Positions 18,987 to 28,667 of a stretch of 64,000 bases of DNA are shown in pieces. Source of the DNA: Myxococcota bacterium (GTDB lineage: Bacteria; Myxococcota_A; SURF-8); the NCBI GenBank assembly GCA_963674735.2, contig CAXXQS010000002.1, positions 576,001 through 640,000 on the forward strand, given 5' to 3'. A program made the position numbers and the translations under genes. Numbering within the stretch: position 1 is the first letter of the stretch; each line of letters opens with the position of its first letter. The notes beneath the pieces were generated by a model. The model saw only the letters and a program-made list of their open reading frames with translations. It ran no database searches and was not told where the DNA came from.

Positions 18987-20072
18987 ATGAAACATTATCT
19001 GCTGTCCGGCATCATGCTGGTCGCCTTCACGACATCTTCCCTTCTCTGGGCGCAAAGCCCGGCTCCCGACTGCCCTCCGCAAATCACGCAGGCCGACGCC
19101 TTCAAAGACAAAGGCCGGGCCTTGATGGAAAAACAGGCCTACAAGGACGCGATACAGGCTTTCACCGAGGCGCTTAAGTTCGAGCCCGATTATAAAGACG
19201 TCTTGATGGATCGAGGCCGCGCCTTGATGGAACTCGGTCGCTTTCAGGAAGCCAAAGCCGATTTCACCAAACTAGCCGAAATGGACACGGGCAACGCCTT
19301 GGCTCAGATCAAAATCGGCGATGCCTGTTTCGAATTGAAGGAGACCGACTCGGCACTGGCCGCCTACCAACAGGCGCTCGCCGTCGCTCCCGACAACGCG
19401 CTCGGGTACGAACGTCTTTACGGCCTGTACGACAACAATCAACAGTGGGAGCCCGCCGCCAAGCTGATCGCCGACGGCTTGAAAATCTTGCCTGAAAACC
19501 TCAATCTCCGGCTTTTTCACGCCGATATTCTAATGAAAACCGGCAAACGGGAAGAAGCCGTGGTCGTTCTTAAAAAGTTGGCCGAACGCCCCGATGCCCC
19601 CACGAAACTGTTCCTCAACTTAGCGACGGCCCTCAGAGCCGACGATGCCTCGGCCGCGCACGAATACGCGCTGAAAGCCTATGAACGCGATAACGGCAGC
19701 CTGGCGGCCCTTTTGCTTGCCGATGAAAATCTCGATAACGGCAACACCGACAAAGCCGCCGGTTACCTGAAAACGCTGCGGCCCGATGCCGCTTCATCGA
19801 AAGACATCGTCTTCGCGCGCCTGCGTCTCGACGTCGGCCGATCCGACCGTGGCGCGTTGAGCGGCCATCTCGAACAAGCCAAGCAACTCGACCCGCGCAA
19901 TCCCGAATGGATGCTGAAGCTTGCATATGTCATCGAGCCGCTTGAACGGGATACCGCTCGAAAACTGGCATCCCGCGCCCAAGCCCTGTATGAGGAAACG
20001 GGCGATGCGAATGGGGTCGAAAAAGCCAAAGGCAGCCTGCGAAAATTCGAACGTCCTGCGGACGCTCCCTGA
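18987..20072 (+). CDS. Exported tetratricopeptide-repeat protein
   Basis: Signal peptide; repeated TPR units (AIQAFTEALKFEPD, ALAAYQQALAVAPD); AGGAGG RBS. Confidence 0.85.
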   Translation: MKHYLLSGIMLVAFTTSSLLWAQSPAPDCPPQITQADAFKDKGRALMEKQAYKDAIQAFTEALKFEPDYKDVLMDRGRALMELGRFQEAKADFTKLAEMDTGNALAQIKIGDACFELKETDSALAAYQQALAVAPDNALGYERLYGLYDNNQQWEPAAKLIADGLKILPENLNLRLFHADILMKTGKREEAVVVLKKLAERPDAPTKLFLNLATALRADDASAAHEYALKAYERDNGSLAALLLADENLDNGNTDKAAGYLKTLRPDAASSKDIVFARLRLDVGRSDRGALSGHLEQAKQLDPRNPEWMLKLAYVIEPLERDTARKLASRAQALYEETGDANGVEKAKGSLRKFERPADAP

Positions 20073-20110
20073 TCCTCTGCAAGACAGACGCATTTTCTGA
20101 AAGCAAATGC

Positions 20111-20139
20111 TTGACAAAGCCGCTGTGGCTGATTATCAT
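20111..20139 (+). promoter_or_regulatory. Sigma70 promoter of the tRNA gene
   Basis: TTGACA-17 bp-TATCAT followed by a GC-rich stretch. Confidence 0.7.
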
Positions 20140-20162
20140 CCGCAGCCTCGATAGCGGTTCGA

Positions 20163-20239
20163 GGCGGAGTAGCTCAGGAGGTTAGAGCATGCGGCTCATA
20201 TCCGCAGTGTCGGGGGTTCAAGTCCCTCCTCCGCTACCA
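20163..20239 (+). tRNA. tRNA-Met (CAT), elongator type
   Basis: Cloverleaf: GGCGGAG/CTCCGCT acceptor, GCTC/GAGC D arm, TGCGG-CTCATAT-CCGCA anticodon arm, TTCAAGT T loop, encoded CCA; 77 nt. Confidence 0.95.
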
Positions 20240-20245
20240 GATATT

Positions 20246-20278
20246 AAGGCTTGAAGGTTTCCTTCAAGCCTTTCCTTT
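20246..20278 (+). terminator. Terminator after tRNA
   Basis: AAGGCTTGAAGG-TTT-CCTTCAAGCCTT, then TCCTTT. Confidence 0.7.
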
Positions 20279-20331
20279 GCCATTCTCCGGCCACATAGCC
20301 GGTTCACGTTTTCGCCTGCTGGATCCCAGTC

Positions 20332-22290
20332 ATGATCAATGTTGCCAATCTTTCGATCGGATACGCCAAACAAGACGTGCTCAAATCCGTCAATTGGTTC
20401 GTCGGTCCCCACGACCGCGTCGGTCTGGTCGGCAACAACGGTTCGGGAAAATCCACCCTGATGAAAATCATCGCCGGGTTGATCACGCCCGATGAAGGCG
20501 ATGTCGTCTACCAGAAGGGGATGACCTTCGGGTATCTGCCGCAGGACGGGATTGTGCACGCCGGGAGTACACTCTTCAACGAGGCCAGCAGCGTTTTCGG
20601 CGATCTGCTGGCTTTGCAGAAAGAAGAGCGCCAGTTGATGGCCCAGCTCGAATCCTTGCCCGACGGCGATCCCGCCCATCATGAAAAGGGCATGCGGCTG
20701 GGTGAAATCCACGACCGTCTGCGCCACCTGGGCGTCTATCAGCTCGAAGACAAAGTGGAAAAGGTTTTAATCGGCCTGGGTTTCCACCACGATGACATGC
20801 AACGCCGCTGCGACGAGTTTTCCGGCGGCTGGCAGATGCGCATCGCCCTGGCCAAGATTCTGCTCGCCGAACCCAACATGCTGCTGCTGGATGAACCCAC
20901 CAATTACCTCGACATCGAGGCGCGCGTCTTTCTGCAGCAGTGGTTGACCAACTACCCCCATGCCGTCATTCTGGTCAGCCATGACCGCCACTTCCTCGAC
21001 CAGGTGGTCATGCGCATCACCGATATCCATGACGGCAAACTCACCGATTATCATTGCAATTACAGCCGCTATCTGGTGGAACGCGAAGAGCGTCTGGAAC
21101 GTTTGCGCGCTCAGGCGGAGCGCGTCGAAGCCGAACGGGAACGGCTGCAGTTGTTCATCGATCGTTTCCGCTACAAGGCCGACAAAGCCGCGATGGTGCA
21201 GTCACGCGTCAAACAGCTTGAAAAGCTGGATAAGATCGAGCTTCCCAGCGTACGCAAAAAGATCCGCTTCGATTTCCCGCAACCCGTGCGCGCCGGCAAG
21301 ATCGTCATCGATGCCGAGAATCTGGCGGCGGGTTACGGCAACGGACCGGACATCTTTCACAATGTGAATTTCAAACTGGCACGCGGAGAAAAGGTCGCCC
21401 TCGTCGGTGTCAACGGTGCGGGAAAAACCACCCTGATCCGCCTGCTGGCCAAGGAACTGACCGCGCGAAAGGGTGAATTCTCCCTCGGTTACAACGTCGA
21501 CCTCGATTATTTCGCCCAGGACGTCCATCAGCAACTCGATCCCGAGCTTTCGGTTTACCGCACCCTGGAACGCAGTTGTCCCTTCGATATGGTCCCCAAA
21601 CTGCGCAACCTGCTCGGAGCTTTCCTCTTTTCGGGCGACGACATCGAAAAGAAGGTGGCGGTGCTTTCAGGCGGCGAGCGTAACCGGCTGGCGCTGGCGC
21701 GCATGCTGCTGGTTCCCTCCAATCTACTGCTGCTGGATGAACCCACCAACCATCTCGATATCGACGCCAAGGAAGTGTTGCTGCAGGCATTGCGCAAGTT
21801 CAGCGGCACGGTGCTGTTCGTCTCCCACGACCGCTACTTCCTCGACCATCTGGCCACCAAGGTTTTCGCCATCAAAGATGGTGAAATGATCATGTATCCC
21901 GGCAATTACATCGAGTTTCTCGACTATCTGGAGCGCGAGGGCCTGTCTGAAAATCCTCAAACTCCGACCGAAGCCACCCCGGCCGAATTATCCAAACAGG
22001 CCGAAAAAGACAAGCGGGTGCGCAACTGGAAGGAAGAGAAACGCCGAAAACGCGAAAGCGAACGCCTCACGCGGCTGATCGACGAACTGGAAGAGGAAAT
22101 CGATCGCAAAGAGGAAGGGTCCAAAACCCTGCTGCATCAAATGGCCGAACCGCAATACGCCACCAACTTCGGCGAACTCGAAAAGCTTTCCACGCTAAAG
22201 GCCGGTTTCGACAAGGAAATCGAAGCGTTGACCGCCCGTTGGGAGGAAGCCGCCGCTCAATTGGAAGCGCTGGAGGCCGACGAGGCCTGA
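20332..22290 (+). CDS. ABC-F family ATPase (YheS/YdiF/Uup-like)
   Basis: Two ABC domains (GNNGSGKST, FSGGWQMR, LLDEPTN; GVNGAGKTT, LSGGERNR), no TM segments, C-terminal coiled coil. Confidence 0.95.
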   Translation: MINVANLSIGYAKQDVLKSVNWFVGPHDRVGLVGNNGSGKSTLMKIIAGLITPDEGDVVYQKGMTFGYLPQDGIVHAGSTLFNEASSVFGDLLALQKEERQLMAQLESLPDGDPAHHEKGMRLGEIHDRLRHLGVYQLEDKVEKVLIGLGFHHDDMQRRCDEFSGGWQMRIALAKILLAEPNMLLLDEPTNYLDIEARVFLQQWLTNYPHAVILVSHDRHFLDQVVMRITDIHDGKLTDYHCNYSRYLVEREERLERLRAQAERVEAERERLQLFIDRFRYKADKAAMVQSRVKQLEKLDKIELPSVRKKIRFDFPQPVRAGKIVIDAENLAAGYGNGPDIFHNVNFKLARGEKVALVGVNGAGKTTLIRLLAKELTARKGEFSLGYNVDLDYFAQDVHQQLDPELSVYRTLERSCPFDMVPKLRNLLGAFLFSGDDIEKKVAVLSGGERNRLALARMLLVPSNLLLLDEPTNHLDIDAKEVLLQALRKFSGTVLFVSHDRYFLDHLATKVFAIKDGEMIMYPGNYIEFLDYLEREGLSENPQTPTEATPAELSKQAEKDKRVRNWKEEKRRKRESERLTRLIDELEEEIDRKEEGSKTLLHQMAEPQYATNFGELEKLSTLKAGFDKEIEALTARWEEAAAQLEALEADEA

Positions 22291-22314
22291 TTCGAAACGC
22301 CCTTTCGCCGCCGC

Positions 22315-23406
22315 TCAGTTCAGTTCCAACATCCGTTCCAATGCTAACAAGGCTTCGCCGCGCACCGGCTCATCCACACGGATGATGTTGCCGCCGCCTT
22401 CCTCCAAAACGTCCAGGGTATAGGCCAGATCGTTCAGAGTGGTGCGGAACATGTTGACGCACATCGGACAGGCGTCGCGTTGCAGCGGCAAAATGGTATG
22501 GTCGGGGAATTCATCGATCATGCGCGACACCAGGTTCAGCTCGGTTCCGATGGCAATCGCCGATCCGGCGGGCTGGCGCTTGAGATACTCGATGATCTGT
22601 TTGGTCGAACCCGAGGCATCGGCGGCATCCACCACCTCTTCACGACATTCCGGATGCACGATGATTTTTACATCCGGATACTCGGCGCGACGCGCCTCGA
22701 TATGTTCCAGCGAAAAATTCATATGGACGTGGCAATGTCCCTTCCACAAAATCACCCGCGCCTGGCGCAGAGTCTCGGCATCGTGTCCACCTTGCGGTTT
22801 GGCCGGATCCCACAAAACCACCTGCTTGCGAGGAATCTCTTTGGCGTTGGCCGTATTGCGTCCCAGATGCTGGTCGGGGAAAAAAAAGATCCGCTCCCCA
22901 CGTGAAAAGGCATAGTCGAAGGCTTTATCCGCATTGGAGGACGTACAGATCAGGCCGCCGTTGCGGCCGGTAAAAGCCTTGAGGCGCGCCGTGGAATTCA
23001 TATAGGAAATTGGAATCACCCCAGCGCTATCCACCACGTCTCCGAGTTGCTCCCACGCGCGCAACACCTGCGCTTCCGGGGCCATATCGGCCATGGGACA
23101 ACCGGCGTAGGGGTTAGGCAAATAGACGCGCTGGTCCGGACCCGAGAGGATGTCGGCGCTCTCCGCCATAAAATGAACTCCGCAGAAAACGATGTAACGC
23201 ACCTCTTTCTGGGCGGCCGCCTTGGCCGAAAGGGCATAACTATCGCCGAGATAGTCGCCGAAGGGAACCAATTCCTTGCGTTGGTAATGGTGCGCAAGAA
23301 TCGCCAGACGCTCGCCCAATTCGGCCTTGCGACGGCGAATCACATCTTTGCAGGCTTCCGGCGTCATTGTCCGATAGGCTTCGGGCAGCTCGGTTTGTTT
23401 CGACAT
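22315..23406 (-). CDS. nadA: Quinolinate synthase A
   Basis: LAHHYQ, FCGVHFMAESA, GCPMADMA, CTSSNA, FPDQHLG, CHVH, HPEC and GTELN motifs. Confidence 0.96.
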   Translation of the reverse strand: MSKQTELPEAYRTMTPEACKDVIRRRKAELGERLAILAHHYQRKELVPFGDYLGDSYALSAKAAAQKEVRYIVFCGVHFMAESADILSGPDQRVYLPNPYAGCPMADMAPEAQVLRAWEQLGDVVDSAGVIPISYMNSTARLKAFTGRNGGLICTSSNADKAFDYAFSRGERIFFFPDQHLGRNTANAKEIPRKQVVLWDPAKPQGGHDAETLRQARVILWKGHCHVHMNFSLEHIEARRAEYPDVKIIVHPECREEVVDAADASGSTKQIIEYLKRQPAGSAIAIGTELNLVSRMIDEFPDHTILPLQRDACPMCVNMFRTTLNDLAYTLDVLEEGGGNIIRVDEPVRGEALLALERMLELN

Positions 23407-23518
23407 GGTGCACTCCTGCGGCCAAGTTTCGTTAAGGATTTCCCGTTTAGCACGTTCCCGTTTCAAAGACAAGGACTTGCCTGCATTTCCGATCCAAGCT
23501 CTCCAAGTAGTTTCGCCT

Positions 23519-23535
23519 TATAAAATTATTTTATA
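23519..23535. promoter_or_regulatory. LysR-type operator (T-N11-A)
   Basis: Perfect inverted repeat TATAAAAT-T-ATTTTATA between divergent nadA and the LysR gene. Confidence 0.65.
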
Positions 23536-23660
23536 GCAACAATAAATTTCCTTGCAAATTATGTCGGATTTCAGTAGTATTTTCGCGCTGGTCAGTTTGA
23601 CAGTTAAACCTAAGGCAATCCTTTCGCGGTCCGAAGCGCACGTAGGAGCTCGCCATCTCA

Positions 23661-24632
23661 ATGCTGAATATCTACACGCTACACTATTTTTACGTTACGG
23701 CGCAACATCTCAACTTCAGTAAGGCAGCCAAGCACCTGTACATCACACAACCCGCTCTTTCCAAGCAAATTCAACAGCTTGAGGAACAGCTGCAGGTCCG
23801 CCTCTTCGACCGCACCAAGCGATCGGTGAAGCTGACCGAAGCCGGGCTGGTGCTGCTGGACCATTGCCGCCACATCTTCCAGGCCATCAACACCCTTGAA
23901 ACGGCCATGGATAAATTCCGGAAGGAAGTCCGTGGCAGTCTGCGCATCGCCTCCACGCCTTCGCTGGGCAACTACCTTCTACCCGACTTCCTGAAGGCGT
24001 TCTCCACCCAATTTCCGCAGATCATGTTGCACACGGTGTTCAAGCCGGTGGAGGACGTGGTGCACATGCTGAAAACGGGCGAACTGGATTTCGGCCTCCT
24101 GAATTCCGGGGAAAGCTTCGACGGCCTCAAGCTGAAAAGTATGGCGGGGCAAAATCTGGTGTTCATTTGTTCGCGCAATTGCGAAAATGCGTGTCAATAC
24201 AGTAAAAAGACCACGATCCCAATCAAAGCGCTCGAAAAGTGCCGCTTTCTATCCTTCAGCAAGTCGTCTCAGACTCGCCGCGTGGTAGACAGCCTCGCCC
24301 GTGAGCACGCCGTCCAACTCGACACTGTCGTAGAGTCGGAAAACATCGAAATCATTAAAAGTATGGTGATTCGCGGCATGGGTGGCTCCATCGTCCCGGA
24401 ATGCACGGTCCGCCATGAAGCCGCCGAAAAGCTGCTGACGGTCAAGGTATTGGAAGGGATCGCCATGCGCCGACCGGTGAGTTTGTATTACAAGCAGGAT
24501 CTGAACTTCACGAAAGCGCATGAAGAATTCCTGAATATTTTCGACGCGTTTTCGAAAATCCCGTCCGACGAGGCGGAGACCAAACAAACCAAGAAGACCG
24601 GGAACACCAAGCGGGCAGCCATCCATCAGTAA
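23661..24632 (+). CDS. LysR-family transcriptional regulator
   Basis: NFSKAAKHLYITQPALSKQIQQLEEQL...LFDR..LTEAG HTH plus substrate-binding domain. Confidence 0.95.
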   Translation: MLNIYTLHYFYVTAQHLNFSKAAKHLYITQPALSKQIQQLEEQLQVRLFDRTKRSVKLTEAGLVLLDHCRHIFQAINTLETAMDKFRKEVRGSLRIASTPSLGNYLLPDFLKAFSTQFPQIMLHTVFKPVEDVVHMLKTGELDFGLLNSGESFDGLKLKSMAGQNLVFICSRNCENACQYSKKTTIPIKALEKCRFLSFSKSSQTRRVVDSLAREHAVQLDTVVESENIEIIKSMVIRGMGGSIVPECTVRHEAAEKLLTVKVLEGIAMRRPVSLYYKQDLNFTKAHEEFLNIFDAFSKIPSDEAETKQTKKTGNTKRAAIHQ

Positions 24633-24662
24633 GGAATTCGGCTCTCTATTCACGTCTAATTC

Positions 24663-24692
24663 TTGACAAAGCGTCAGTTGCTTCATTATCAT
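24663..24692 (+). promoter_or_regulatory. Putative sigma70 promoter
   Basis: TTGACA-18 bp-TATCAT. Confidence 0.5.
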
Positions 24693-24745
24693 CGGTTTTC
24701 CGACCCGCAAAAAACACCTCGGGTTGACGCAGGACAACGGAATTG

Positions 24746-26689
24746 ATGGAACAGTCTAAATTAATTGGACAAACGCTGATTGAGCTGGGTTTGATAAACG
24801 AAGACCAGCTCGATGTCGCATTGAATTTACAGAAGAAACGAAAGGAACGCCTCGGCGAACTGCTGTTGTCGCTACGCTTCGTCAGCGAAATCGACATTCT
24901 CAAGGTATTGGCCGAGCGTTTCCGCATCCATTACATCAGTTCGGATAAGTTGGCTTCCATCAAAGTGCCTCGTTCGGTGCTCGACTTGATTCCGCTCGAC
25001 TATGCCGAGCGCAAGTTTTTGCTGCCGTTGATTTACGACAGCAGCCAGCAACAGCTTTCCATTCTGGCCAACACGCCCACCGACCCGAAGTTGATCAAAG
25101 AAGTGCAGCTTCTGGCCCAGTGCCGGGGCGTCAACGCCTATCTGGCCATGAAACCGGCCATCATGGCCGGAGTCAAGAAGTTCTATCGCGGCGACCACCA
25201 GGCTTTCACCCAACTCGACGAGCACTCGCTCAACCAGGGCAGCCTGCTGTCTTTTGGTTTGGGCGAAGACCGCAAAGGGTTTCTGGCGGCGGAGGAGGTC
25301 GGGCAGGCCGGTGGACTGCGCTTGTCGGATGAAGTGGCGGCCAGCTCTCTCATGACCGACAACCTGTTCGTTGAAACGCTGAACATCATGATTTCATTAT
25401 TGGAAATGCGTGATGGCACTTTCCGTGGACATTCCGCCTCGGTCGCTCGGCTGGTCAAGCGCGTATCTGAAAAGATGGACCTCCTGCCGATGGATGTGTA
25501 TTTCAACGTGGTGGCGGCCTATCTTCACAATCTGGGCCATCGCGACGGCACCCATTACACTCTCACCAACCTCACAACCGAGCGCGATCTCAAGCTGGCC
25601 ATGAAATATTATATGGCCCCGGTGCGCCTGATCGAATCGGCCAGCTTCCCGCGCCTGATCCCGGAAATTCTGACTCATATTTTCGAACGCTTCGACGGCA
25701 AAGGTTTCCCCAAGGGACTCAGCGGCAAAAACATCCCCCTCGGCTCGCGCATCATCGCCGCCGTGGACGCCTACGAAGACATGGTACGTCATCCCCAGCA
25801 CATCGACAAGCCGATCCAGGATATCTTCCGGGAATTGTTCAACTATCAAAACGTGTGCTTCGACCGCCAGGTGCTGCGCGCGTTGTACGAAGTGATACTC
25901 GAAACCCAGAAGGGCGACAATCTCGGTATCATCGAAACACGCAACCATACCGTGATGGTCATCGATCCGTCCGGTTCGAATTTTTCCTCGATCATTTCGC
26001 GCTTGCGGGAAACGGGCTACCGGGTATTGATGGCGCGCGACACCGACAGCGCCGTGCAAACCATGAAACGCACCCACGTGGACATGCTGCTTTCCGACCC
26101 GGTCACGCAGCCACTAAACGGCTTTCAACTCTGTCGGGCGCTCAAGTCCAACGCCGCCACGCGCGACACCCTGTTCGTCTTCATTTCATCGCGCGATGAA
26201 AGCTCGCGGACAATCCAGATGGGTTTTGAAGCCGGGGCGGACGATTTCTTCACGCGACCGCTCAAAACCGAGTTGTTGATCAACAAAATCAAGCGCATCC
26301 TCTCGACGCGGATCGAGACGCTGACCGAGATGCAAGCCCAAACCACGCCGCCCAAGGCGTCGGTCACGGGCAGTCTGGCGGAAGTTTCCATCGCCGACAT
26401 CGTACAACTGCTTTCCAACAGCAAAAAAACCGGCATGCTGGTCTTGCGCCACGAAGACGACGAAGCAAGGATTTTCATCCAGAATGGCGACATCATCAAC
26501 TGCTTCTACAAAGAGAAAGAAGGCGAAACGGCCTTCTATACCATTCTGGATTGGGAAAGCGGCGAATTCCTGCTGGAAACCGACGTCACCATGCCCGAAC
26601 GCATCATCGAACTACCCACCCAGAATCTGATGTTGGAAGGCTTCCGCCTGCTCGACGAAAGACGCGCCGGGAAAAGCAACGGCGCCTGA
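24746..26689 (+). CDS. MshEN/T2SSE_N + degenerate HD-GYP + receiver + DUF4388 signalling protein
   Basis: IGQTLIELGLINEDQL..AL..Q and RLGELL repeats; HS..VA, LHNLG, ERFDGKGFP.GL...IPLGSRIIA; REC domain; GSLAEVSIADIVQLL...KTG.L C-terminus. Confidence 0.8.
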   Translation: MEQSKLIGQTLIELGLINEDQLDVALNLQKKRKERLGELLLSLRFVSEIDILKVLAERFRIHYISSDKLASIKVPRSVLDLIPLDYAERKFLLPLIYDSSQQQLSILANTPTDPKLIKEVQLLAQCRGVNAYLAMKPAIMAGVKKFYRGDHQAFTQLDEHSLNQGSLLSFGLGEDRKGFLAAEEVGQAGGLRLSDEVAASSLMTDNLFVETLNIMISLLEMRDGTFRGHSASVARLVKRVSEKMDLLPMDVYFNVVAAYLHNLGHRDGTHYTLTNLTTERDLKLAMKYYMAPVRLIESASFPRLIPEILTHIFERFDGKGFPKGLSGKNIPLGSRIIAAVDAYEDMVRHPQHIDKPIQDIFRELFNYQNVCFDRQVLRALYEVILETQKGDNLGIIETRNHTVMVIDPSGSNFSSIISRLRETGYRVLMARDTDSAVQTMKRTHVDMLLSDPVTQPLNGFQLCRALKSNAATRDTLFVFISSRDESSRTIQMGFEAGADDFFTRPLKTELLINKIKRILSTRIETLTEMQAQTTPPKASVTGSLAEVSIADIVQLLSNSKKTGMLVLRHEDDEARIFIQNGDIINCFYKEKEGETAFYTILDWESGEFLLETDVTMPERIIELPTQNLMLEGFRLLDERRAGKSNGA

Positions 26690-26701
26690 GAAACTATTAA
26701 G

Positions 26702-26861
26702 CTGGCAACAGTATTATGGCTATTTTTTCGAAGATCAAACCATAATCGCCCATCCCGAGTCGGCTGCGTAAGTAGCCGTATCGAGGGACCTTTCGATACA
26801 ATTTCGCTTCGCGAAACCACCCAAGGTGAGCGGAGAGAATGAGCTAAGATAGAGTTGCCGG
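26702..26861 (+). ncRNA. Candidate structured RNA between convergent genes
   Basis: Closing helix CTGGCAAC/GTTGCCGG around 4-5 hairpins, one with a GTAA tetraloop. Confidence 0.35.
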
Positions 26862-26862
26862 G

Positions 26863-27723
26863 TTACGAACCCTCCGTTTTCACGTCGATTTTTCCCTCAA
26901 ACACATAGGCGGCCGGACCGCGCATGAGGATTTCGCCGCTCTCGGCATCGAAACGGATGGTCAGCCGTCCGCCCGGCAGATCCACCGCCACCGGACGCGC
27001 GGGGTCGATGCGTTTTTCGATGGCGGCAGCCGCGACGGTGGCGCAAGCGCCGGTGCCGCAGGCCAGCGTAATGCCCGCTCCCCGCTCGAAAACCGTCACC
27101 TTCAAATGTTGATCGCCCGCCACCTCGACGAACTCCACGTTCGTCCGTTCGGGAAACTGGGGATGGGATTCGAGCGACGGTCCGAGGCGCTCGGCTTCCG
27201 GGATGGATTTATAGTCGAAAATCACAAAATGGGGATTTCCCATCGAAACGGCGGTACCCGTAAAGCTCCCGTGTTCGTTCTCCACGCTCTGAGCCACGAA
27301 GGGCTCGTCTCCGCGCATGCCGACCGCCGACCGGGCGTAGGAAGGCTGTCCCATCCCGACTTCGACTTCCGCCACCCGCCCGTCCGCGCCTTTGAACAGG
27401 CGGCAGCGATGCAGCCCCACCTTGCTTTCGACGGACAGCATCTCCTCCCGCTGCGCGCCGCTATCGGAAACGTATTTGGCGAAACAGCGAATGCCGTTCC
27501 CGCACATTTGCGCCTCCGACCCGTCGGGATTGAACATGCGCATGCGCGCCACGCCGCGCTCGGAGGGACAAACGAACAAGACGCCGTCGGCACCCACGCC
27601 GAAATGACGGTCACACAAAAAGCGGATGGCTTCCGGCTTGAGATGTTCGGGTTGGATGTCGGGTCCGAACAGCACGAAATCATTACCGGTTCCGTGCATT
27701 TTGTGAAAGGTCAACACGCTCAT
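26863..27723 (-). CDS. dapF: Diaminopimelate epimerase
   Basis: KMHGTGNDF, NPDGSEAQMCGNGIRC, SMGNPH and ERGAGITLACGTGAC motifs. Confidence 0.97.
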   Translation of the reverse strand: MSVLTFHKMHGTGNDFVLFGPDIQPEHLKPEAIRFLCDRHFGVGADGVLFVCPSERGVARMRMFNPDGSEAQMCGNGIRCFAKYVSDSGAQREEMLSVESKVGLHRCRLFKGADGRVAEVEVGMGQPSYARSAVGMRGDEPFVAQSVENEHGSFTGTAVSMGNPHFVIFDYKSIPEAERLGPSLESHPQFPERTNVEFVEVAGDQHLKVTVFERGAGITLACGTGACATVAAAAIEKRIDPARPVAVDLPGGRLTIRFDAESGEILMRGPAAYVFEGKIDVKTEGS

Positions 27724-28667
27724 GGGGTCTCCTTGGAATGCGTCTTGGCAGCCGGATCGACGGCCGGAGCCACACGTTGCGGGCGGGCCTTTTTCGTCGC
27801 TGCCTGATAGGGTTGAATATCGATGTGGGAGCGGATCGTCTGCTTTTGGTCGTTCACATTCCCCGGCGTTCCGCTCAAGCGCCGCACGGTTACGGCGGTT
27901 TCGTAACTGGCCGCCACAAACCGCCCGGCTTTCGGATCGAAATACACATCCCCCGAGCCCGTTCCTTCGAGGGAAAAACGCTCGAATTCGCCCTGCGGAC
28001 CCCGGGTTCCATCGTCCGGGTTATCCATCCGGATGGTGAAATGGGCGGCGATTTTCTGGGCGGGTACTCCGTTCAGGCTCGTCATCTCACCCGCTTCGTA
28101 ACGGGTCAGTGTGGTCGACAACCGCTCGCCCACACCGGGAATCTGTTCGACCTTTTCCACCTTGCGCGACCAGGCCGTGCCATGGCTGAGGCGGGTGGGC
28201 AGATTGGGTAAGGCCTCGCGCAGACTGCGCAACAAACCCGCTTCCATCGACGCCAGCGAAGCGGGGACATGACGGCGGATCTCGATATCCTGCAGATCGC
28301 CTTTGGCGGTTTGAGTGAACGCCAAATCCAGCGATTCCAAGCCCTTGAATTCCTCCAGCGGCTCGCGCCCCTCGACGCTGGAAATCGCCGCGCTGATATC
28401 GGCAAGCGAAATGCTGCGCAAGGCGGCGCCTTGATCGAGAAGTTTCTCGGTTTTGATCGTCATGCGAAAGCGTAAAATCAGGCGTTTGGACTCGATATCC
28501 TGATCCGGAACCTCCACCTGCTGGGTCATGAAGAAAGTGTAAACATCGTTTTGTCCCGCCTCGAACCGGTAAGCCGCTTCCGGTCCCGATTCGCAGGAGC
28601 GGGCACAACTCAAGCACGACGCCACGAACACCAATAAAACCGACAACTTGAAAATGCGCGCGCTCAC
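27720..28667 (-). CDS. Hypothetical lipoprotein (beta-rich)
   Basis: Cys-containing signal peptide; overlaps recJ stop and dapF start. Confidence 0.65.
   Translation of the reverse strand: MSARIFKLSVLLVFVASCLSCARSCESGPEAAYRFEAGQNDVYTFFMTQQVEVPDQDIESKRLILRFRMTIKTEKLLDQGAALRSISLADISAAISSVEGREPLEEFKGLESLDLAFTQTAKGDLQDIEIRRHVPASLASMEAGLLRSLREALPNLPTRLSHGTAWSRKVEKVEQIPGVGERLSTTLTRYEAGEMTSLNGVPAQKIAAHFTIRMDNPDDGTRGPQGEFERFSLEGTGSGDVYFDPKAGRFVAASYETAVTVRRLSGTPGNVNDQKQTIRSHIDIQPYQAATKKARPQRVAPAVDPAAKTHSKETP

Noticed and set aside
20163-20239. Initiator tRNA-fMet or tRNA-Ile2 identity
   Set aside because: G1-U72 is paired and the three consecutive G-C anticodon-stem pairs are absent, so it is not an initiator; the overall sequence resembles elongator Met. 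Ile2 is not strictly excluded without a covariance model.
20163-20330. tRNA as an integration site for an island or prophage
   Set aside because: No integrase nearby, no duplicate of the tRNA 3' end noticed, and housekeeping genes follow.
26702-26861. c-di-GMP-I riboswitch identity
   Set aside because: Only the GGCAA...GTTGCCG ends resemble it; the internal GAAA/GACGCAAA core is not evident and no gene lies downstream on that strand.
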